From Laetmonice hystrix (lineage: Eukaryota): a DNA stretch of 64,000 nt. Below the pieces are notes generated by a model that made no database searches, was not told the origin of the DNA, and saw only the letters and a list, made by a program, of their open reading frames with translations. The stretch is taken from positions 50,902,001-50,966,000 of the forward strand of contig OZ249437.1 of the NCBI GenBank assembly GCA_965235115.1, in the 5' to 3' direction. Below, piece after piece: positions 1-11,557 of this stretch (position 1 is its first letter; each line of letters begins with the position of its first letter). The position numbers and the translations under genes are program-made.

Positions 1-252
1 TCTTCAATTTTGGCCTTGAACAGGTACATTACCTAAGCCTAGGCTAAGGCCAAAAGGCCCCTGGTACTTGGTTAATATTACTGTTTTTTAGGTTACACAA
101 GTTTATATTTAAATTCAGTTTTAATCACTTCACGTGCCTCAACATATTGTACAAGGTGTAAGTGGCACCATCTGGCGGAATTTATATTAAACCTCTAGAT
201 CTATCTATTCTATTCATCAAGAGATGGCGCTGCAAAAGAAAGCGCTGCCCAC

Positions 253-644
253 CTTTGGACAGCGGATTTCAAGTTTCCTCTGAGTTCTTTCTCTTCACGT
301 GAATCTGAATACAAAAAAAGGATGCCACATGAGAAGAAACACTAATTGGAATTACTGGGCACAGTTTAACTTTTCCGTGTCCTGACTTAACGTTCAACAC
401 AAGACGGCCAACACTGCTGGCAACACCCAGGACCCAGCAAACAACCGCAAACACTGCCACAGCGACAGCCAACACTCCCAAGGATCAACAAACCTGCGTA
501 GACGGTGTTTTTGTCCATGTAAAGCTCTTCATCACTAATTATTTTGACAGAAAAGCCAGTTTTATCCTCAAAATACGTTTTAAGGCGAGCAGTGACAGTT
601 GTTTTCCCGCTGCACGGACATCCAGCGATGACGACCAGCGGCAT
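253..644 (-). CDS. KTI12: Protein KTI12 homolog (Elongator-associated P-loop protein); first two coding exons, gene continues beyond the left edge
   Basis: Exon 1 644-494 reads MPLVVIAGCPCSGKTTVTARLKTYFEDKTGFSVKIISDEELYMDKNTVYA (P-loop GCPCSGKT), donor GTTTGT at 493. Exon 2 304-253 reads (D)SREEKELRGNLKSAVQ(R), acceptor ttcag, donor GTGGG. Phases join in frame and match the KTI12 N-terminus (MPLV..G.P.SGK...VY.DS..EK.LRG.LKS.V.R). Confidence 0.93.
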
Positions 645-864
645 GGTGTATGTATAGTGGGAAATGTTTCCGTCATACAGGAAGTGTCGCAATGGTAGAC
701 TTAAAATAAGAACTGTTCGTTTCGGATGTTAGGTTTATTAAATTAATCGAGTATAGATACCTATTAAACCCCCCTTTTTGTCTTTCTTTTGTTATTTCGC
801 TTCTTTATTTAAACAATTATTGTTATCTTTGAGAAGAAAACGCCATTTATACGAATTAGTAATC
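645..864. promoter_or_regulatory. Probable bidirectional promoter between divergent KTI12 and DUT
   Basis: KTI12 ATG at 644 (-) and the first in-frame DUT ATGs at 865/895/1015 (+) are only 220-370 bp apart. ETS-type CAGGAAGTG at 678-686. Confidence 0.55.
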
Positions 865-1014
865 ATGCACCACCGTTTCACTTTCAGTGTACCAATGCGG
901 ATTTTATATCAACATTCCCGCCAGATTTTGAAACTGAAAGGCGCTGATCATTTCGCGCTTCGGCTTCACTTCAGCAGGACAGCATCTGATCTGTTTGGAA
1001 ACAAGTCTGCAAAA

Positions 1015-4000
1015 ATGCCAGAGGTCAGGAGTGAAACATCTTCTCCCGTTGCCAAAGAAGCACGGTTAGAATCGAAGCTTCTTAGCCCTTCGCTTCGTTT
1101 TGCAAAGTTGACGGAAAATGCCTTTACGCCGACGAGGGGCTCCAAACAAGCCGCTGGTTTCGATTTGTACAGGTACGGTACGCGACTTGGCCTGGTTTGG
1201 CGGGATATTCGATTCATAATTTCACGGCAGTATTTATATAGCCGGCATTTGGCGGGGCCATCTGACCACTATTAATGTCAGCTAAATAGGCCGACTATCC
1301 AATTAACACCTAACGTTAGAGTCTAATTCCTAAATACGCAAAACGATTAGAATCAGCTATTTACTAATTTAGACAGTCACAGTATAATTATAAATTTACC
1401 GTAAAAAAATCACAATCACAAAAAGTAGGGACTTAACTTCTTAAGTTAATCATGTGTTAACTCCACTGTCTTAAGCCTATTTGACTTTGGGGTCTTTCCC
1501 ACATTTCCTAATTTGATCCCAAATTGCTACGATCCCAGGATCGTAGCCGTAGGACCTCGTATGTGGATTGTGCCTTTTAGTAATTGTAGCGTTCAGAAAT
1601 ATATGCCGAATTCCTATGATCCACCTACATATTAGTACAATTCTTTTTGTTACCAGTAACCAGGTGAACATAATGAAAAACTCAAAAAATGGTTTGCCTT
1701 TTATATGGTCCATGACCAGAAAATCGTAGCAAGTCTTGACAAATTGTAGGTTTCTAACTCCCCCGCCCCACGTCCCTACGAATGTTTAAAAATTAATTAG
1801 GCCTAGGCTAAGGTGATTTCTTCCTCTTTATTCTAGTGCCTATGACTACATTGTGGCAGCTAAAGGAAAGGTACTAGCAAAGACAGATATACAGATTGCC
1901 TTACCAGAGGGATGCTATGGACGTGTTGGTAAGCTGGTGGTGAATCATCACTGTATTTTTTTATATTTGCTTTAAGTTATTTTAAAATTTAACTTACCAA
2001 CAAATGTTAAAAATAATTTTAAGTCTGGTGCAGTGAGATAAACCGCCTTTTGATTTGATGATTTTTATTAAATAATGTTTTCTTTTTGTGCGGTTACAGC
2101 ACCCAGATCAGGACTAGCACATAAACACTTCATCGATGTTGGAGGTAAGATCAGGGTTCTGGTGGATTTTTCAATGTAAACTCTATAGTACTAAATTATT
2201 TTCATTTTGCATCATTTGTTGCCCTAAATGGCTAAAAACTTAAATTTTACATTCTTTTTCTCAAAGATCTCAAAAGGGTATCAATTATAGTACTTTTGGT
2301 GATGAACTGTTATTAAAGGTACCAATTTTTGGGTTGAATTTTCAGCTGGAGTTATAGATCAAGATTATCGTGGTAACGTTGGAGTTATTCTGTTTAACTT
2401 TGGAGAGGAAGAGTTCAAAGGTAAGAGTTCATTCATGACTTGTACAAGCACTTTATCTGGGAATATTTAGCTGTCAGGACCTGGACGAGTATAGTCCAAA
2501 CTTGAACAGGTTCTATAATAAAGTACTCGGTGCAGGTCTCAAAAAATATTGCCAAGCATGGTACCCCACTGGGCAAGCAGACATAGGATTGGTAGCCTGG
2601 CAGGTACCTACGCTATTGCCTCAGCGACGTTTAATAGCCCAATGCAGATTTTTCTTGGCCTGCAGTGGTCTAACCTTTTATTTACAAAGGTTGGTCTCTG
2701 TATTTTTATTATAATTTTCCCAATAGTTTGCACTTTGTCTTATTTATTTTTTAGGATGTATAATAAATTTGACAAATTGTTGCAGTTTCTAAGGGCGATC
2801 GAATTGCACAGCTAATCTTGGAGAGGATCTACATTCCAGACTTGGAAGAACTTTCTGTGAGTTGTTGCATTATCTGTAAATATTATAATACAGTTGGTTC
2901 CACTTAACCCGAACTCGGTTAACCCGAACTTTCGGTTAACCCAAACTTTTTTCAATTTCCCTGCAGATTTCCTATTTAATACTGTCTATTTTGTCCGCTT
3001 AACCCGAATTCGGTTAACCCGAAATTTCGGTTAACCTGAACTGATTTTTATTTCCAAAGAGGCATTTTTTCCAGTTAACCCAAACTTTTTGTTTGCACAA
3101 TCTCAGACTAGGTATACACAGGCAACACTTTAACATCACACCTGTGTAAGTGTTGAGTCACACCTCTTCTCTTTGCTGCTGTCTCTTGTACGTTATTCAA
3201 TAGATCAAACATTCACAGTTTAAAGACGATCTCCAGGGGCTAATCTTTGAATTCGGGTCTGCCCTCTACCTTCTTAAGAAACTTGTGAATCTAATTTAGG
3301 AAGTGTGAGGCACGAGAGTCACACCTCTTCACTTTGTTGCTGACGCTTCTTGCTATGAAACAAGCCAGAACCTTACCACCCCAACTCATTCTTGCTACTG
3401 CCATACAGCTAGCACCATGTCACAGAAACGGAAGCAATCTTCGTACCCCTTGTCAGTAAAAGTTAGCGTTTCGCAACGTCTTGACAATGGAGAGAAGGCT
3501 AGTAAGCTTTCCAAGGAGTTAGGTATCACTGGCGGATCCGGGGGGGGGGGGGGTCAGGGGGTTCGAACCCCCCCTAAAATTTTGCAAAAACACACATTTT
3601 AACTTAACATTATAATTTAGAAGTTTTTTTTCTTTAGTCGCAAGATAAAAAACCACCTAAAATTTTTTTTTGCCTCGCTACACTCGGCAGGATTTCATCC
3701 TATAGCCAAAAATGCTGTTGGACTTGAGGAGGCCCTTTTGCCCTTGGTCGCATTGGTCATTGAATAGCTTATTTTGTGTTTAAAAATGCATCGGATTGCA
3801 ACAAATTACACCCGGGGGGGGGCATGCCCTGGGACCCCCCTAGGAAGGCTTCGCGCCTTCGGCGCTTGCAGCCTTCGCGCCTTCGGCGCTCGTACGGTCA
3901 CGTCTGTGTTACCCCGAAACATGTTGAACCCCCCCTAACGGAAAAAGCTGGATCCGCCCCTGTGTATACCCCCCACCACTATTTCTCAGTGGAAGCAGCC

Positions 4001-4546
4001 CGCTAGTCGTGTTCAGATTTTTGCTGAGGGTGACCAAGGTTGTGGTGATTTGGCCCGTAAGAAAATCCGACAGTCAGCCTACCCCGACATTGAAGAAGCC
4101 CTTTTATATATCGATATTTATGTTAAGCTGAACCAATAAAATGAGGTGAATTTTTTTGTAAAATATACAACATATACATGTACAGCGGTTTCACTTTGAC
4201 ATAGGCCTAATGGTTACGAGCCTAAATGGGGCCATTTCGGTTAACCCGAATTTTCGGTTAACCCAAACTTTTTTCAATTTCCCCAAAAGTTCGGGTTAAG
4301 TGGAACTAACTGTATTGTATTGGCAGGTTAAGGTTGTCCAGCTTGATTTTAGATTGTCTAGACAACCGCTTATTTCGAGCCCTGATGGTAGTGGATGGAG
4401 GGTGGCAGCTTGGTTTGTGATGAACGCTTTAGTTGTGCATTTATTCATGTCATGTTGTCAGCCATTTCATTTTAAATCATTTGTTTCAGAGCCTTGATGA
4501 TACTGAACGAGGGAGTGGTGGCTTTGGATCAACAGGGAAACAATGA
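1015..4546 (+). CDS. DUT: Deoxyuridine 5'-triphosphate nucleotidohydrolase (trimeric dUTPase), 6 exons, 165 aa
   Basis: Exons 1015-1172, 1837-1928, 2100-2144, 2346-2420, 2786-2856, 4490-4546; all GT-AG, 498 nt total, in frame. All five dUTPase motifs present: [52 protein letters not shown]. Confidence 0.97.
2891..4312 (+). mobile_element. Tigger/pogo-like (Tc1/mariner superfamily) DNA transposon, internally deleted, in DUT intron 5
   Basis: TA flanks (2889-2890, 4313-4314). TIRs CAGTTGGTTCCACTTAACCCGAAC / GTTCGGGTTAAGTGGAACTAACTG, with repeated subterminal TTAACCCGAA motifs. Transposase N-terminus [37 protein letters not shown] (3417-3526) continues as [10 protein letters not shown]...[18 protein letters not shown] (3969-~4110), a CENP-B-like HTH region. 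Confidence 0.88.
3527..3962. mobile_element. Non-autonomous MITE (hAT-like termini) nested in the Tigger transposase remnant
   Basis: Imperfect TIRs CACTGGCGGATCCGG / CTGGATCCGCCCCTG. GTAT occurs on both sides. Removing the insert restores the frame ELGI-PPTTIS. Confidence 0.75.
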
Positions 4547-5852
4547 TGTTCGAGCTGTTGCAGTATCATTTTAACCTGTAAGGCCTAGTAGAGCAACCAT
4601 GTAAACTATTGTCTCATTAAAAAAGACTTTCACCTATCATGTGTTTTCATACAAAGTCAGTAAATTTAAGAGGCTTTTTAAAATACCGGGGTAGTTTAAT
4701 GTTTCTGTTGGAAAGATAGGAAGAATAACATTAGACAAATAAGTTTTTGATTTTCTCCCAATTACTAGGATATCGGGTTTTTCTATAAGAATCCTAAAAT
4801 TGTATCAGGACTAGGAGTGTTGATTTGGACATCAGTATAAGTTTGAAACAAATAAGTGTCACTGCATGTTTCTCCACATTGTTTGAGTTACCTTCTCAGT
4901 GCAAGTTATTCTGGAGGAAAATTTAGGAATGAGAACACTAAAGGGACTTAAGGTTATTTTCAAATTATGTTCATATCATCTACATTCTGTCTTTGTTTAC
5001 TATGTTTGTAATACCTTATGGAGATGTAAATGTGGAGGAATGAATTTCATTAATATTATGCAGAAAACATTGCCATTGGTGTAAATACTGCCTGCCAGAA
5101 CATACTGGTACAAGACTTCCATAAATACTGAAGATGGATTACCAGAATGTTAGCATGTGTGCTAAAGTATGGCTGAATCTTAAAGAAGACTGACTGTATT
5201 GATTTGTTCAAAATAAATATCGAGCATAAAAAATAAATGATTATTTCGCTTTGCCCTTATATCAAAATTTTGTTCCAATCGCTAGACCATCCTGATAACG
5301 GAATACATGTACTAGCATTTTGGTTAGACACAACATGTCCAACTGTTAATTTAAATTGTTCGCCAAATGTACTTAAGGTCTTTCCTTTTTATCAAATGAA
5401 AAAGTTGCACAAGTTTTCGTGAAACTTAGCGAAATACTGCAATCCTTTGTTTCTTTATTATACAATTGAAATAATCTATAATTTGAATGTTTTTGAGCAA
5501 CCAGATTATCCCTGGTACTTTTCTAGAACTCCAGAAGTGTGCTTTTCTAGCAAACTTGTGTGTGGCAGAGTTGTTTTTTTCTGCTGATCAGCTATTTTGT
5601 CCATCTAGAGATCTCTACAATAAGAACATGGTTCTCTCAGTCTTTTTAAGACTATTATTTAATTGTTTTCCTAGTAAACAGCTGAAATAACTGCCTGGCT
5701 AATGTGGCTTTCATTTAAAATGACTTCATTCTTTTCACAAAGTCTACCAGTACCTAATAGCAATATTTATTATATGAAAAGCCCCGCTCCTGCCAATTAG
5801 TGGCCGAGAGTTGCCTGGACAGTTTCTGTATTTGCAAATTTTCATTCATAAA

Positions 5853-8822
5853 TTACAAGCTGCTGACAGTGACGAGTCCAGATGTTGGGGCACTGACTTT
5901 GATGACGCTTTGGATTTCTTTAAAATAAACATGTTCCTTGTCCCCAACGAGTTGCAACAGTACTGCCTCACTGGTTGTCACTGTGGCTCCCATGTGGCGA
6001 AAACGCTGCAAAAATGAAAAATAACCAATGTTACCATTGTCTGAATGAAAAATGACCGTGACAACTTGACATTCATTACAGAATTAGGTGTCGGATACAA
6101 TCTGTGTCCTATGTTTTCATTATGGGTCTGATACAATTGCAGTCCTTACTTTTTTCTTCAGAAGAATAGAGATCTTTAAACAAAAGAAATTTCCTAAACA
6201 TAAAAGTTATTCATTATAGGAATGCCTCATGTATTTTACAGTATATTATTGCCTCGGAGATGTTGAATGTCACTATTTTTCACTTGCCTCAAAAGCAAAT
6301 TGCCTGTCCATTTGACTGCGAGATGATGTAGCATCAGCAATGACATGTACCTCATACCCTTTTGTTAACAGATCAATGACAGTCTGCTGGATGCACACGT
6401 GGGCCTTTAATAATAGAAAATATCCATTAGAGTGGCTCCTTTAATAGTGACAGAACCAGTAGCTACATCCTAAAAAGCTAAATTATTAATCAATGCAGGC
6501 TCAGTGTTGTGAAGCAGAGAACTGCATTCTACCAAGCTTATAAATGCTATGATTACACTACAACTTGCTATGGTAAATCTTGAAAAATAACAACTGATGA
6601 TTCAACCATAAAACTCACACATGACATGTATGTGGGCAAATTCTTGGTCAATTGACAGAGTTCCATTGGAAGTGAACCATACTTGCCTCAATCCCAAAAA
6701 GAACAACATGTCTGAGTTGGCCATTGGCCAAAGTGGCCATAAGTTTCTCCACCTCTGGAACAAGCATGCTGAATTTGGTCTTGGGAAAGACTCCCTTTGC
6801 ATTGCTGATGTCAAGCTCTTCTACTGTGTGCAACAATCCTTTAGGGTACTGGAAAAAATTGAAGTAAAAAATAGTACATGTACATGCATAAAGATTTAAA
6901 GATACTCTCTGAGACTGAGACAGTTGATGGCACAGACATCTACAAACATCTAACCAATAACAAGTTATCATATGGGCAATGTTGGTAGGTGCTCACTTTG
7001 ACTCTAAAAAAGTTAAGAGAACACAATAATTTAATGGATACAGATACAGGAACTGTTCAATATAAAAATGTATCCTTTACTATATCAGCTTACCTGTTCA
7101 GTCACAACTAGAGGAATTTCTAGGATTTTCGCACCTGCAATCTAGAAATGGAAAGAAACTTGCAGTGCTATAAGTTACAACTGTGTCGGATTTTGAGGTA
7201 ATTATTGGTTAAATCATTGTGAAAACCAGGAGAAATTAGCCAGGAAAACTTGGGATGAAGTGAAAATAAACATTAAAAAAAAGTAGGTTTTGAACACTGC
7301 GGCTCTGTAATTACAGTATGACTGCCCGTGTGCGGTAGCAATCGATTATCGAGGCAGCAGTCTCGTCTGTTAACCATGCTCGTAACCACCTAGTGACCTA
7401 TTTGATAACTACGTCCATCCTATGCTGTAGCATAGGAACTGACATCTATAAATAGCACATCGACCGTTAGGGTGGACCGCCTATCGCACAATGCTGAAGG
7501 ATGAGACCCAAATCCCCAGCCTGATCCGGCGATCGGTGTCGCGCACTCGGATCCTATTGTTTAGATGCTGCATCGAACTATTAAAGTGAACACGCGAGTC
7601 GCAGTTTGGGCTCACGCCTCCAGTTTTATAGTCGGTACCGTCTAGCCTACTAGGTACATGCAGCTGATGGCCGGTAGAGTTCTTCCAAACAAGAAATTAA
7701 CGACAGCGTGAGCATGGATTGTGTAGTAGGCAAGTTGTGGACCAAATATCGCAGAGCCAGACCGAGGAGACAAGTCAAGTCAAGAGTCGTTAACCCTTTC
7801 AGTGCGGCTGGCGACCATAGGTCGCCAAGCTCAAACTCTCCGTAGAGACGGTTGGCGACCCCTGGTCGCCCACACATAAACTCATCAATAGATGGCAGCA
7901 CAGCAAGGCCCTATGGTTGCTTGCACACATACCTTACACTAGAGGGCAGGACTGTATCACTGACATGATTTTATGTTGTCAGCATGGCCTGTGGGGGTCA
8001 TTACACAGCGGATGAACTGTATGGGACCCTCTCAAATGCCAAAATAATAACAATATTGTACTTTTTTCATTTATCCACCAAATCTTTATTTTTTTAAATA
8101 TTTGCCCCAAACTACCTCAGAGTATTTAGAAATCATCTATATTTTGAAATAAACCCACCTAAAAGCTATTTTTGAGGTTTTTATTTTTCCCCTAACGATT
8201 TTTACCATTTTTTTGTGTGAAAAAAATGTGTTCAACCGTGTTACAATGGGTTCAGGTGGCCCCCCAGAGACCCAACCCCCCTAAAATTAGTCAAAGTCAT
8301 AATTTCCATGACCCTCAGGATGTTTTCCAAATCTGGTAAAAATTTCATCTTGATCCTTCTACTGCAAAGGTATCTACAAGGGAAAATGTAAAACTCGTCA
8401 AAATGCTCTAAAATAAATTAAAATTCGTTCAATGGATTGAATAATAGAAACTCCGCACTGAAAGGGTTAAGGTTTACGTGTGACTCAATCCAGTGAACTC
8501 TGCAAATACACACAACTATGCAGCCAACCTCCCGGAGATGTGAGACCGCGACACGGCCAGCGATTGGCTCACTGGCCGTGCTAGGCCTAGGGCCAGCTTC
8601 ACGCCGCCCGGGCCCGTGTGTGCGGCCTTGGGGAAGTTGGGCTGGGGCTCGCTCGGCAATTAATGTCGCAGAAAACGATATCACTATTCTCACCAGTCTT
8701 TTAGAAACGTCAACTATGTCTGCAAAGTGTTTTATAGCTGGTCGAAACCTTTCCTGCATATCACACAAGAAAAATGCAGTTTTGTCGGCGCCAATGTTTC
8801 CGAGCGGCCTGGTCGCTGCCAT
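5853..8822 (-). CDS. ISOC1: Isochorismatase domain-containing protein (ISOC1/ISOC2 family), 5 exons, 202 aa
   Basis: Exons 8822-8694, 7141-7094, 6848-6687, 6404-6288, 6005-5853. Protein reads [83 protein letters not shown], ending VSSL*. The core is closer to remembered ISOC1; the short N-terminus is ISOC2-like, so paralog assignment is uncertain. Introns 3 and 4 are GC-AG. Confidence 0.92.
7794..8466. mobile_element. piggyBac-like MITE in ISOC intron 1
   Basis: TTAA at 7790-7793 and 8467-8470. Perfect 14-bp TIR CCCTTTCAGTGCGG / CCGCACTGAAAGGG. No coding capacity. Confidence 0.88.
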
Positions 8823-10129
8823 TTTGGACTCTGTACTGATCATGTGACAATCCCAAAGTACCTCCTACCCAGAAGAGTGCATCCGGGCATGGTTGCCAAG
8901 TTTTCCAAACTTTACGTCCGAAGATCCTGATGGTCATGGATAAATGAAGACTTATTGGTTGTCGGAACATGTCATCATGCCGTTTCCTTTAATGACACTT
9001 TATTATGGCCAACTCTCTTTTTTCACAGGTACACAATGAGAACATAACGCTGATTTCATAGCGGAGACACATTTGGAACGATGTAAACAACAGTCAACAA
9101 CCCTCACCTCAGCCAGGCTCAGCAGCAGGTGCTTTCACAGTTTCAGTTTCAGTTTCACTGGCACTGACACTAATCTCAGTAGCATATCAGCCTAAATCTA
9201 ATCCATGTCTGTGTTGTTGCACAATAGCGACACGCCTAATACATCAATGATATACGGTGCCTGAGGTGCTCATTATTGTGTTACACTTTACAGTACTCTC
9301 ACGGTTTATTATGTATTTTATTACAATTAATTAATTTATTTATTTATTTATTAATTTATTAATTAATTTATTTACAATTAATGAATTATTATACGATTAG
9401 AGCACGATATGCGTAACTAGGGATAGATAATCATGATGCCTCATATTGTATTTGTCTCTCCTAATATGAAATGTCGGGGACATAGGGAGCGTGCAGCGTG
9501 TCTGGTAACTAAAATATTGCTAGTGCCATGGTAGGTGGATGTTAAACTCTACGGCGAGATACTGCGGCCTAACGATCACAGGTAGACTAGTAGGCTATGA
9601 TGAATATTTATTCATCGGACAGAAATGATTGAGAGCTAACCCTAACCCTAACCTTAACTAATCCTAACTCTATCTATAACCCAATCGAGCCCGACGATCA
9701 TACTCGGAAACAAAGCGGCGCTGTGTCGTACTGGATGTTGACACCAGAAGTCCCAGTCGGCGGAAGTGGGCTTTCAGCGCTGGCGGCGCATAGCGGGATT
9801 TGAGGGAACTAGTTTTGAGAATCGCACAAGCCAAAGTAGTTTACAGACAGCGATCGGCTGGTGAAAGTATAGATCCCATATTTCTCCTTCAGTCATTGGA
9901 GCCATAATTTAATTAGGCTATAGCTGGAATATTTTTGCATTCTTTACGAGTTTCTCATTAATTGACATTTTTTCGACCAATCACAATCGAGAAAATCCCG
10001 CAACTCGGACATTCAAGATGGCGTCGTGCATGGACTGCGGTCCGGTTACCATCCGGTTTAAGTTGTTGGCTTGGTGGATCGGGCAGAGGTTGAGAAGATC
10101 TACGTACGTTGCCATAACAGCGCTTCGCG

Positions 10130-10162
10130 GCGCCGCCTTCGGCGGCGCGCGCTGCGCGCTAA
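10130..10162 (+). mobile_element. Possible Helitron-type 3' end
   Basis: Perfect hairpin GCGCCGCC-TTC-GGCGGCGC (10130-10148), then 10 nt, then CTAA|T (CTRR followed by T). The 5' end was not identified. Confidence 0.35.
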
Positions 10163-10164
10163 TA

Positions 10165-11020
10165 TCGGGTGGATAAAAAAAAACGCCCCGAACTTTAAAC
10201 TTTAATATTTCAAAAACTATGCATTATAATTCAATAAAATTTCTCTCAACATCACTTCATGATATTATCTCTGGTGTGTTAAAGTTTCAGCTAAATAGCT
10301 TTAATATTAATCCCGTGGCGCTAAAAACAAAAATCAGTGTCTAAAATCGCAATGCCGGAATTAGGTCAAATATCATGCCGCTGCCAGGTGTCCAATTGGA
10401 CACCTGTTTGATGCACCGCATTGTATCTTGGGTTTAAAAAAATCAAAATTTAGTTTTTGCATGTTTTACAATATGTATAATGTTGTGGACCACTATAGAT
10501 TTAATAAAATATGTGCTATTCCTAATACTTTTAGAGAAAAAGAGATGTTTAATGTGCAAAACCCTACACAGAAACTGCACTCTTAAGACGGTATGACTGT
10601 AAGGAGAAGTTCAAGGGAAATCGTATCATTATCACGTTTAGCAACACATTCAGAACGTTTCGTATTTCCCAATGTTGGCAAGATATTTCCCTATCAGAGA
10701 TCAGGAAGTGCATTGGCTCATGGAAAAAGAGACTGAGAGCAGTATGGAGTGAAAACGGGGGACCGATTGACCACCTACTCTAGTGTGAGGCCAGGGACTC
10801 TGGGTGCGACTACCACTCGCTTTAGGCCGGCATTGCGCTTTTGTACAATGATTTTTGTTTTAAGCCCCACGGAAATATTATACAAGCTATTAAGTTGTAA
10901 CATTAACAACTAAGAGACAACATCATGAAGTGATATTAAGAAAAATTTCATTGAATTACAATAATTACTTTTTGAGATATTGAAGTCTAAAGTTTGGGGC
11001 GTTTTTTTTTATCCACCCGA
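10165..11020. mobile_element. TA-flanked ~855-bp MITE (Tc1/mariner-like), copy 1
   Basis: TIR TCGGGTGGATAAAAAAAAACGCCCC at both ends, TA at 10163-10164 and 11021-11022. A reverse-complement copy is at 28584-29437. Confidence 0.85.
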
Positions 11021-11557
11021 TATAATGTACTTCTACAGAATTTTTACTGGAGACCAAAGATTTATTTAAAGGTATAGATTTAGTGGCAGTATGACATGAA
11101 AGAGAGTTGGAAGTAACTGTAAAAAAGGCATTAAATTCCACATGGGCCTAATTGAAATAATATGATGTAGGTGCTACCTAGCGGACGAGCACAGCACCAG
11201 GAGTTAGGCCTAAATTATACACTGTCACTTAGCAACGTGACGAAAGTTTTATGTGCTCAAGACAGTATGTGTGGATTTGCCTTGGCCACCCTTGTCTACA
11301 TATGACATGTGTTGTCATAGAGCTCGCTTCACGAGACGCTTTGTGGCTCGCTGCACATGCTATAAATATTGAAGATGAAACCTCTTTTTAGATCTATAGA
11401 TAATGGAAGTATGGGCCAGGGGTGAGGATTCACTACATGATGTCTTACATTAGTTTGTAATATGTTTTTAATCACAGAATGGTTTGTAAATATTTGTATT
11501 GGTTTCAGTACTTTAACTTGAGGCCTACAGCAGTGTAAGCGTAGGACTTTCAGAAAG

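Noticed and set aside
778-864. DUT start at the ORF-track TTG 778, and read-through of the ORF to 1275
   Set aside because: The non-ATG start is unsupported, and homology stops at the GT donor 1173, where splicing continues the dUTPase motifs.
9645-9670. True telomere or chromosome-fusion scar
   Set aside because: Only about 3-4 degenerate TAACCC units inside ordinary repeat-like sequence.
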